Of a stretch of 64,000 nt of DNA, positions 1-11,113 are shown piece by piece. This DNA is from Squalus acanthias (lineage: Eukaryota), in the NCBI GenBank assembly GCA_030390025.1, contig CM059431.1, forward strand, positions 156,366,001 through 156,430,000, in the 5' to 3' direction. A program made the translations under genes and the position numbers. The notes under the pieces were generated by a model, which had not been told where the DNA came from, searched no databases, and saw only the letters and a program-made list of their open reading frames with translations. Numbering within the stretch: position 1 is the stretch's first letter; the number at the start of each line of letters is the position of its first letter.

Positions 1-3000
1 GTACAAGGGGACTGGTTGTGTCAGGGTAAGTACAAGGGGTGTGGGCAGTTCAGGGTTTGAGTACTGGAGGTGTGGGTGGTCAGAGTGAGTACAGGAGTTG
101 TTGGTGAGTCAGGGTATGAGTACAGGGCAGTGGATGGTTCAGGGTGAGTACAGGAGTTGTGGTTGGGTCAGGGTGTGAGTACAGTGGGGGTGGGGGTGTC
201 AGGGGTGAGTACAGGTTGTTTTGGTGTGTCAGGGTAAGCACAGGGGGTGTGGGTGTGTCAGGGTTTGAGTACAGGGGGTGTGGGTGAGTCAGGGTGAGTA
301 CAGGAGATGTGAGTGGTTCAGGGTGAGTACAGTGGGTGTGGATGGGTCACAGTGAGTACAGGAGATATGAGTGGGTCAGGGTGAGTACAGTGGGTGTGTT
401 TGGATCAGCGTGAGTACAGGAGATGTGAGTGGCTCCAGGTGAGTATAGGAGGTGTGGGAGGGTCAGGGTGAGTACAGGAGGTGCGGGTGGGTCAAGGTGA
501 GTACACGGGGCTTGGGTTGTTCAGGGTCTGAGTTCAGGTGGAGTTCATGGGTCAGGGTGAATACAGGACCTGTGGGTGAGTTAGGGTGAATACAGGGGGA
601 GTGGCTGCGTCAGGGTGAGAAAAGGAGGTGTGGGTGGGGCAGGGTGAATACAGGTGGCGTTGCGGGTCAGGGCGACTACAGCGGGTGTGGGTGGTTTAGG
701 GGGTTTGCTCAGGGGGTGTGGGCTGGTCAAGGGGTGAGCACAGGATGTGTGGGTGTGTCAGGGTGAGTACAGCTGGTGTGGGTGCTTCTGGGTGAGTACA
801 GGGGTTGTGGGTGAGTCTGGGGGTCAGTACAGGGGTTGTGAGTGGTTCAGGGGCTGAGTACAGGAGGTGTCGTTCCGTCAGGGTGAGTACACGAGTTTTG
901 GGTGTGTCGGGGTGTGAGTTCAGGTGTGTGGCTGTGTCATGGGGTGACTACAGGGGGTGCGCTTGGGTCAGGGGCTGCATACCGGCTGTGTCGGTGTGTC
1001 AGGGTGTGAGCACAGTGAGTGTGGGTGGGTCAGGGTGAAAACAGGAGGTGTGTGTGGGTCAGGGTGAATACAGGAGGAGTGGGTGGGTTTGGGTCAATAC
1101 AGGAGGTGTGAGTGGGTCAGCGTGAGCACAGGAGATGTGGGTGGTTCAGGGATAGTACAGGAATTGTGGGTGGTTCAGGGAGATTACATGATTTGTGGTT
1201 GGGTCAGTGGGTGAGTACAGGGGTTGCGGGTGTGTCAGGCTGTGCGTAATGGGGGAGTGGGTGAGTGAGGAGTTGATTACAGGGGGTATGGGTCTGTCAG
1301 GGTGAATACTGGGTGTGTGAGTGGGTCAGAGTGAGTACAGGAGGAGTGTGTGGCTCAGCATGAGTAAAGTAGATTTGGGTGGGTCAGGGAGAGTACAGGT
1401 GGTGTGGGTGGATCCGGGTGAATACAGGGATTATGGGTGTGTCAGGGTGAGTACAGGAGGTGTGGGTGGATCAGGGTGAGTACAGGAGATGTGGGTGGGT
1501 GACAGTGAGCAAAGGAGTTGTGGGGGTGTCACGGGTTGAGTACAGGGGTGTGGATAGACAGGATAAGAACAGGGGGTTCTGGGTGTGCCAGGGTGAGTAC
1601 TGGAGGTGTTTGTGCGTAAGTGTGAGTACAGGAGGTGTGGGTGGGTAAGGGTGAGTAGAGGAGGTGTGTGTGGGTCAGGGGGTGAGTACAGCTGGTGAGG
1701 GTGTTTCAGGGGTTTAGTACAGGAGGTGTGGGTGGTTAATGGTGAGTAAAAGAGGTGCGGGTGAGTAGAGGGGGTGTTGGGGATCGGGGGTGAGTGCAAC
1801 GGGTGTGGGTTGGTCGGGGGGTGAGTACACGGGGTGTGGGTGGATCAGTTTGAATACATGGGGTGTGGGTGAGTCAGTGGGTGAGTACAAGGGGCGTGGG
1901 AGGTTCAGGGTTATTACAGGAGGTGAGGGTGTGTCAGGATGAGTACAGGAGGTGTTGGTGGGTCGGTCGGGGAAAGTAGGTGTGGGTGTGTCAGGGTGAG
2001 TGCAGGATGTGTCGGTGGATCAGGTTGAATGCAGGTGGTGTGGGTGCATCAGTTTGAGTACAGGGTGTGCGGGTTGGTCTGGTTGAGTACAGGAGGTTTG
2101 GGTGGCTCGGGAGGGGGGAAGTGGGTGTGTGTGGGTCGGGGGGGGTGAGTACAGGGTGTGTGGGTGCGTCAGAGTGAGTACAGGAGGTGTGGTTGGGTCA
2201 GGGTGTGTACAGCGGGAGTGGGTGGGTCAGAGTAAGTACAGGAGGTGTGGGTGGTTCAGCGAGATTAAACGGGGTGTGGGTGGGTCAGAGGGTGAGTACA
2301 GGGGGTGTGGGGGGATGAGGGTGATTACAGGAGGTGTGGGTTGGTCAGGGTGAGTACAGGGGGTGTGGGTGGGTCAGGGTGAGTGCAGATGGTGCCGGTG
2401 AATCAGGGTGAGTGTAGGTGGTGTGGGTGGCTCAGGGTGATTAAAGGGGGTGTGGTGAGTCAGGGTGAGTACCGGGGGTGTGGGTGGGTCAGGGGTGAGT
2501 ACAGTGGGTGTGTGTGGGTCAGGGTGAGTACAGGGGGTGTGGGTGGGTCAGGGGTGATTACAGTGGGTGTGGGTGGGTCAGGGTGAGTATAGGGGATGTG
2601 GGTGGGTCCGGGTGAGTACAGGAGGTGTGGGTGGGTCAGGGGTGAGTACAGTGGGTGTGGGTGGGTCAGGCTGTTTATAGGGGGTGTGGGCGAGTCAGGG
2701 TGAGTACAGGAGGTGTGGGTGGGTCAGGGGTGATTACAGGGGGTGCGGTTGTGTCAGGGTGATTACAGGGGGGGTGGGTGGGCCAGGGTAAGTACAGGGG
2801 GTGTGGGTGGGTCAGGGTGAGTACAGGATGTGTGGTGAGTCAGGTTGAGTACAGGGCGTGTGGGAGTGTCAGGGGTGAATACAGGAGGTTTGGGTGGGTC
2901 AGGGTGGGTATATTGGGTGTGGGTGGGTCAGTGTGAGTAAAGGATGTGTGGTTGGGTTAGGTTGAGTAAAGGGGGTCTTAGTGGGTCAGGGTGAGTACAG

Positions 3001-3898
3001 GGGTTGTGGGTGGGTCAGGGTGAGTACAGGATATGTGGTTGAGGTCAGCGTGATTACAGGGGGTGGTGGTGGGTCAGGGTGTGTACAGGAGGTTTGGGTG
3101 GTTCAGGGTGATTACTGGAGGTGTGGTTGGGTCAGGATGAGTGCTGGAGGTGTGGGTGGGTCAGGGTGAGTACAGGAGGTGTGGGTGGGTCAGGGAGAGT
3201 ACAGGGGGTGTGGGTGTGTCAGGGTGAGTACAGTGAGTGTGAGTGGGTCAGTGTGAGTACAAGGGTTGGGGGTGGGTGAGGGTAATTACAGAGGGTGTGA
3301 GTGTGTCAGGGTGAGTACAAGGGGTGTGATTGGGTCAGGATGTGTACAGGAGGTTTGGGTGGGTCATGGTGATTACATGTGGTGTGAGTGGGTCAGGGTG
3401 AGTACAGGGGGTGTGGGTGGTTCAGGGTGATTACAGTCGGTGCGAGTGGGTCAGGGTGAGTACGGGGATGTGTGGGTGGGTCAGGGTGAGTACAGGGGGT
3501 GTGGGTGGGTCAGGGTGATTACAGGGTGTGTGGGTGGGTCAGGGTGAGTGCGGGTGGTATGGGTTGGTCAGGGTGATTACAGGGGGTGTGGGTAGGTCAG
3601 GGTGAGTAGAGGGGGTGTGGGTGGGTCTGGGAGTGAGTACAGAAGTGGTGGGTGTGTCATGATGAGTAGAGGAGATATGAGTGGGTCAGGATGAGTACAG
3701 GAGGTAAGGGTGGTTCAGGGTCATTACAGCAAGTTTGGGTGGGTCAGGGTGAGTACAGGGTGTGTGGGTGGTCAGGGGATGAGTACAGGTATTGTGGGTG
3801 GGTCAGTGGGTGAGTACAGGTGGTGTTTGTGGGTCAGGGGGTGAGTACAGGAGGTGTGGGTGGGTCAGGGGTTTAGTACAGGAGCTACGGGTGGGTCA
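1..3898 (+). repeat. G-rich satellite, ~29-bp unit GGGTGAGTACAGGAGGTGTGGGTGGGTCA (29-31 bp variants); runs off the window start
   Basis: Unit visibly repeated throughout; the ORFs here are periodic translations (e.g. GEYRGCGWVRVSTGGVGGSG). Confidence 0.97.
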
Positions 3899-4369
3899 AT
3901 TTGATATTCCCGTTGTTACACTATCGCCCATATTTAAAATAACTCCCAATGAATTTCAATCTTCAGCCTTTTAAATCTTAGTAAGTCAGTCAATGTCGTG
4001 AAGCATCTATTTGGTTTGTAGATTCTCGCGTGAAACAGTTTCAGTGCAATTCAATAGAATGTGAATGGACAGCAGGATTCGCATAGAACAGGAAAGCTCA
4101 GAAAAGCCATTATAATGGTTGAAGGTGCAAGCTAAATGAAGGCTCTCAAGCGAAACAGGGAAACATTATGACAATGTTGAAGACTATACATGTGAGTCCT
4201 GGAGTGTGGGTGAGATGTTACTGTCCACACCATTCACGACTGGAGAGCAAATCAGCGCCTCAGGCTAAATCGGCTCTACTCCGAGTATAGATGATGGCGA
4301 TACACTGCACCGCACCAGAGATGAGCAGCACAATTCAATGCCCACAGAATTGAGGGTAACTGCTTGACA

Positions 4370-4925
4370 TAGGTTGGCAATTAGCTGGGAGATAGGGTAG
4401 AGTACGGGTATAAAGAGGGTTCTTTGATTGGTGGGATGCCACTAGTGATGTTCCCCAGGTAGCTGTACTGGAGCCGCAGTTTTTCACCTTATGTATCAAT
4501 GATTTGGATGAAGGAATCGAGAGTTGCATTTCCACCTTTGCAGAGTGCACGAGGTTAGGGGGCTCAATGGGTTATGTAGATTGTAAGAGGAAGGTACAGC
4601 AGGACATATACAAAATAAGTGAGAACCAAAATACGGCAGGCGGAATTCAATGTGGAAAGTGCGACGTCATCCACTTTGGAACCGAGAAAGAAAATCCTGA
4701 ATATTTTTTGATTAGCAAGAGACTAGGAGGCGTGGAGGGATTTGGGCTCCTATGTACAGAAATCACTAAAAGCTAGTGCACAGGCACAAAAAGTAATCAT
4801 AAATTAATGGAATTTTGGGCGTTAACTCGAGGATGTTGGAAAAAAAGAGGAGGAATTTATGCTTCACGTCCCCATAGTCTTGGTCAGACCCCATCTGGAG
4901 TACTGCATTCGGGCAACAGGCTCGG
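4370..4925 (+). mobile_element. Degenerate CR1 LINE RT fragment
   Basis: Decayed TSDVPQ.AVLEPQFFTLCINDLDEGIESCISTFA and KCDVIHFG match the intact ORF2 at 57015-59765. Confidence 0.85.
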
Positions 4926-5229
4926 GACACGACATGGCCAACGCCCACAACGGACCCGCCGGCATAAAGATCATTCTGGCCACTGCATTTAAATTATAGG
5001 AACGGGAGCAATCGAGGCCTTCTTTGCGGCCAAGTGATTGGGCGCACGTTCAGAGGCACGGTGCCCACTTTGGGCACTAAAAGAAATTGCTACACCAATA
5101 GCATTTCTGTCTGAAAACCTTGAAATAATAGATTAGAGGGGTAGCGAACATAAAACAGAATATGCACCAATTATAGCCATTAACAATTTTTTTATGTTTT
5201 TTAACCGTATTGCATATTCTTTTTCTTCT

Positions 5230-5494
5230 AGTCTGTAAGTGAATGGGTAGATATATTGTAGTGGTTGAAGTGCTCAGCTTAAAAAAAAATTGAAATGAGT
5301 TTCATTCTAAACAGTTTTTCGGTCAAAGCTTGGATTATTCGCCAGCAATACATCACGGGGAGATCGATTCGCCTCACTTGTACCGGTTCCTGTGGCATTA
5401 TCACTTTTTCCTGGAGCAGGGCGTTGAATATGACTTTATTCACCTAAAGCACTTGGTTTACTTGAAAAGCACCCCATCTCAGTCAATTTGTTAG
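5230..5494 (-). pseudogene. Possible degenerate CARD (caspase-1/ASC-like) exon
   Basis: Acceptor TTTGCTTTGCAG precedes 5494 on the minus strand. It is followed by (A)NKLTEM and, after frameshift/stop, VNKVIFNALLQEKVIMPQEPVQVRRIDLPVMYCWRIIQALTEK, which resembles CARD helices 2-4 by eye only. Confidence 0.4.
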
Positions 5495-5645
5495 CTGCAA
5501 AGCAAATAATACAATTTTATTTTAGAACAGAGCAGAAACATATTGATTTAAAATAATTCCTATGCAATGTTGATACAAAATCAAGAGATGAGGGACACCA
5601 TTTGTAGATTCCAGAAGCGTGAAAAATATTTCCGCTAACTGTTAA

Positions 5646-6132
5646 TCAGGGTGTGAGTGCTGGACGTGCGGGTGGGATAGGGTGAATGCGGCACGTGCGG
5701 GTGGGTCAGCTTGAGTGTAGGTAGGGCGGGTGGGTCAGGGTGAGTGCGGGACGTGCGGGTGGGTCAGGGTGAGTGCGGGACGTGCGGGTGGGTGAGGGTG
5801 AATGCTGGACGTGCGGGTGGGTCTGGGGGTGAGTGCGGGACGTGCGAGTGGGTCATGGTGAGTGCGGGACGTGCGGCTGGGTTAGTGTGAGTGCGGGTCG
5901 TGCGGGTGGGTGAGGGTGAATGCGGGACGTGCGGGTGGGTCAGGGGGTGAGTGCGGGACGTGCGGGTGGGTCATGGTGAGTGCGGGACGGGCGGCTGGGT
6001 CAGTGTGAGTGCGGGACGTGCGGGTGGGTGAGGGTGAATGCGGGACGTGCGGGTGTGTCAGGGTGAGTGCGGGACGTGCGGATGGGTCAGGGCGAGTGCT
6101 GGTCATGCGGGTGGGTCAGGGTGAGTTCGGGA
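5646..6132 (+). repeat. CpG-rich 29-bp minisatellite GGGTGAGTGCGGGACGTGCGGGTGGGTCA
   Basis: About 16 homogeneous tandem units; same backbone as the 1-3898 array. Confidence 0.95.
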
Positions 6133-6136
6133 AGTT

Positions 6137-9100
6137 TATCACACTGTATGATCTCATTGGGCTCATCCTCCACGATTTAAACACTGTGTGGTCTCATTGG
6201 GCCCATCCCCTACGGATTACACACTGTCTTGCTCTCACTGGGCCCATCCTCCCCGGGTTACACACTGTCTGATCTCACTGGGCCCATCCTCCCCAGGTTA
6301 TACACTGTCTGCTCTCACTGGGCCCATCCTCCCCGGTTTACACACTGTCTGATCTCACTAGGCCCATCCTCCCCGGGTTACACACTGTCTGATCTCACTA
6401 GACCCATCCTCCCATTGTTAAACATTATCTGATATCACTGCGCCCATCCTCCCCGTGTTACACACTGTCTGATCTCACTAGGCCCATCCTCCCATTGTTA
6501 AACATTATCTGATTTCACTGCGGCCATCCTTCCCGGGTTACACACTGTCCGATCTCACTGAGCCCATTGTCAATTAGATAAACATTGTCTGATCTAACTG
6601 GGAACAGCACCCATGATTTGCACGCTGTCTGATCTCATTTTGCACATCTTCCATGGTTTGCACACTGGCTGATCTCACTATGCCCATCTTCGCGGGTTAC
6701 ACAGATTCTGATCTCACTGGCTCATCCTCCTCGTGGTAGACACTGCATGATCTCATTGGGCCCATCCTCCCGGGTTGCACACAGTTTTATCTCACTGGGT
6801 CCAGCCTCCCCGGGTTCCACACTGTCTGCTGTCACTGGACCCATCCTCTACTGGTTACTCTCTGATTGCTCTCACTGGGCCCATTCTCCACGGATTACAC
6901 ACTGTCTGATCAAACTGGGCCCATCCTTCCCGGGTTACATACTGTCTGCTCTCACTGGTTCCATCCTCCCAGGGTTACACACTGTCTTATCTCAGTGGGC
7001 CCATCCTCCCTTTGTTACACATATTCTGATCTCACTGGGCCCATCCTCCCCGGGCTACGCACTGTCAGAGCTCACTCCATCCATCCTCCCCGGATTACAT
7101 ACTGTCTGACCTCACTGGCACCTTCCTCCCCTGTTTACACACTGTCTTGTCTCACTGGACAAATACTCGCCGGTTTACACACTGTCTAATCTCATTGGGC
7201 CCAGCCTCCCCAGGTTGTACGGTGTCCACTTTCACTGGGTCCATCTTCCATGGGTGGCACACTCTCTGATCTCACTGTGCCCATCCTCCCCGGGTTACAC
7301 ACTGCCTGATCTCAGTGGGCCCATCGTCCCCGCATTACACACTGTCTGATCTCACTGGGCCCATTGTCCCCGCGTTACACATTGTCTTATCTCACTGGGC
7401 CCATCCTCGCCAGGTTACACACTGTCTTATCTCACTTGGCCCATCCTCCCGGGTTACACACTGCCTGATCTCACAGGGCCCATCCTCCCCGGGTTACACA
7501 CTGTCTGATCTCCCTGGGCCCATTCTCTGCTGGTTACACACTGCCTGATCTCACTGGGCCCATCATCCCCGGGTTACACACTGCCTGATCTCACTGGGCC
7601 CATCCTCACCAGGTAAAACAATTAATGATCTCACTGGGCCAATCCTCCCCGAGCTTCACACTGTCAGATCTCACTGCGTCCATCCTCCCCTGATTACACA
7701 CTGTCGAACCTCAGTGGACCCTTCCTCCCCGGGTTAAACACTGTGAGATCTCACTGGACCAATCCTCCCCTGGAACACATTGTCTGATCTCACTGGGCCG
7801 ATCCTCCCCGGGATTAAACTGATTGTTCTCGTTGGGCCCATCCTCCCACCGTTAAACACTGTCTGAACTCACTGGGTCCATTCTCTCCGGGTAACACACT
7901 GTCTGATCTCACTGGACCCATTCTTCCCGGATTATACACTTTCTGATATCACTGAGCACATCATCCCCGGGTGCCATAATGTCTGATCTCAATGGGCCCA
8001 TTCTCCCCGGTTTATAGACTGCGTGATCTCACTGGACCAATCCTCCCCTGGGAAAGCACTGTCTGATCTCAATGGGGCCATCTTCCCCGGGTTACACTGT
8101 GTTTGATGCCAGTGGAACCCTTCTCCTCGGGTTAGACACTGACTGCTCTCACTGAAACCATCCTCTACGGCATACACACTGTCAGATCTCACTGTGTCCA
8201 TCCTCACCGTTTACACAATGTTTGATCTCACTGGACCCATCCTCCCCGGCTTACTTACTGCCTGATCTCACTTATCCCACCCTCCCTTTGTTAAACCTTG
8301 TCTGTTATCACTGGGCCCAACCTCCTCGGGTTACATACCGTCTGCTCTCACTGGGCCAATTCTCCCAGGATTGCATACTGTCTGATCTCACTGGTCCCAT
8401 TCTCCCCGGGATACACACTGTGTGATCTCACCGGATCATTAATCGCTGGTAACACAATGTCTGATCTCACTGGGCTCATCCTCCCCGGGTTACACATTGT
8501 CTGATCTCACTGGGCACATCCACCCCGGGTTAGAAACTGTCTGATCTCACTGGACCAATCCTCCCCGGGTTACGCAGTGCCTCATCTCAATGGGCCCATT
8601 CTCCCCGGTTACTTACTGTCTGATCTCACTACGCACATCCTCCCATTGCTAATTTGTGTGCCTGATTTCACTGCGCCCATCCTCCCGGGTTACACACTGT
8701 CTGATCTCACTGGGCCCATCCTCACCGGGTTACATACTGTCAAATCTCACTGCCTCACTCCTCACCGGGTTACACACTGCCTTATCTCACTGGGCGCATC
8801 CTCCCCGGGTTACACACTGTCTGATCTCACTGGGCTCATCCTCCATGTTTATACACTGTCTGATCTCACAGGGCCCATCCTCCCCGGGTAACGCACTGCC
8901 TGATCTCACTGGGCTCATCCTCCAGGGTTACGCACTGTCTGATCTCACTGGAACCATCTTTCCCAGGTTAATCACTGTAAGATCTCATTGGACGCATCCT
9001 ACCCGGGCTACACACTTTCAGATCTCACAGGGTCCATCCGCCCCGGATTAGACACAGTTTGACCTCACTGGCACCCCGGGTTACACGCTCTCTGATCTCA

Positions 9101-11113
9101 CTGGACTAATACTCCTCAGGTTACACAATGTCTGATCTCACTGGGCCCATCCTCCCGGGATACAAACTGTCTGATCTCACTCCGCCCGTCCTCCCGGGAT
9201 ACACACTGTCTGATCTCACTGGGCCGATCCTCGCCGGGTTGCACACTGTCTGATCTCACTGGGCCCATCCTCTCCGGGTTACACAAAGTCTTATCTAACT
9301 GCAACCATTCTTCCCTTGTTACACATTTTCTGATCTCTATGTGCCCATCCTCCCCGGGTTACACACTGTCTGATCTCACTGGGCCCATCCTCCCCATGTA
9401 AAACACTGTCTGATCTCACTGTACACATCCTTCCCGGGTTACACACTCTCTGATCTCACTGGACCAATCCTCCGCTGGAACACATTGTCTGATCTCTCTA
9501 GGCCGATCCTCACCGGGTTACACAATCTCTGATCTCACTGGACCAATCCTCCCTGGGTTACACACTGTCTGATCTCACTGGGCCATTCCTTCCCGGGTTA
9601 CACACTGTCTGATCTCACTGGGCCCATCCTCTCGGGAAATACACTGTCTGAACTCACTTGGCCATTCTCCACGAGTTAAGCATTGTCAGATCTCACTGGA
9701 TCCATCCTCCATGGATTAAACATTGTCTGATCTCAGTGTGCCCTTCCTCTACGGTTTACACTCTGTCTGTTCTCACAGGGCCATTCTCGCCGAGTTAAAC
9801 ACTGTCTGATCTCACTGGACCCTTCCTTCCCGCGTTACACACTGTCTGATATCACTGGGCCCATCCGCCACGGATTAAACATCGTCTGCTCTCACTGGGC
9901 CCATCCTCCTGGGATAATCACTTTCTGCTCTCACTGGGACCATCCTCCCCGGGTTAAACAAAGTCTGTTCTCATTGGGCCCATCCACCACGGATTACACA
10001 TCGTTTGCTCTCACTGGACCCATCCACCCCGGGTAAAACACTGCCTGATCTCACAGTGCCCATCGTTACTGGGTTACACACTGTCAGATCTCAGTGGCTC
10101 CATCCTCCCAGGGATACACATAGTCTAATCTCACTGGAACCATCCTCCCCGGGTTAAACAAAGTCTGTTCTCATTGGGCCCATCCACCACGGATTACACA
10201 TCGTTTGCTCTCACTGGACCCATCCACCCCGGGTAAAACACTGCCTGATCTCACAGTGCCCATCGTTACTGGGTTACACACTGTCAGATCTCAGTGGCTC
10301 CATCCTCCCAGGGATACACATAGTCTAATCTCACTGGAACCATCCTCCCCGGGTTAAACATTGTAAGATCTGACGGGAACCATCAACCCCGGGTTATACA
10401 CTGTCTGTTATCACTGGGCCCATCCTTCCCGGTTTACACACCGTGTGATCTCACTGGACCCATCGTCCCTTTGTTAAACATTGTTTGATTTCACTTGGCC
10501 CATGCTCCCCTGCTTACACACTGCCTCATCTCACTGGGCCTGTGGTCTCTTAGTTACACATTGTCTGATATCACTGGGCACAGCATCCATGGTTTACACG
10601 CTGTCTGATCCCATTTTGCCTATCTTCCATGGGTTGCACACTGCCTTATCTCACTGGGCCCATCTTCGCGGTTAACACACATTCTGATCTCACTGGGCCC
10701 ATCCTCGCCGGGTTACACACTGCATGATCTCATTGGGCTAATCATCCAGGGTTTCACACTGCCTGATCTCACTGGGCTCATCCTCCAGAGTTACTCACTG
10801 TCTGATCTCACTGGAACAGTCCTCCACTGGAACTCATTGTCTGATCTCACTGGTCCGATCCTCCCGGGATTAGACACTGTCTGACCACACCGACACTTTG
10901 CTCCCCGGGTTACACACGCTCTGATCTCACTGGACCAATCCTTCCCAGGTTGCACACTGTCTGATATCACTGGGCCCAACCTCCCCGAGTTACACAAAGT
11001 TTGATCTCACTGGAACCATCCTCCCCGGGTTACACACTGTCTGATCTCACTGGATCCAATCTCCCCGGGTTACATACTCTCTGATATCACTGGGCCCATC
11101 CTCCCCGGGTTAC
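6137..11113 (+). repeat. 40-bp satellite GGGTTACACACTGTCTGATCTCACTGGGCCCATCCTCCCC, left block
   Basis: Period 40 (GGCCCATCCT at 6241 and 6281), with 39-bp variants. Confidence 0.97.

Noticed and set aside
4022..4191. Plus-strand exon candidate (TTTGTAG...GTGAGT; DSRVKQFQCNSIECEW)
   Set aside because: Internal stops, no recognisable family and no partner exons.
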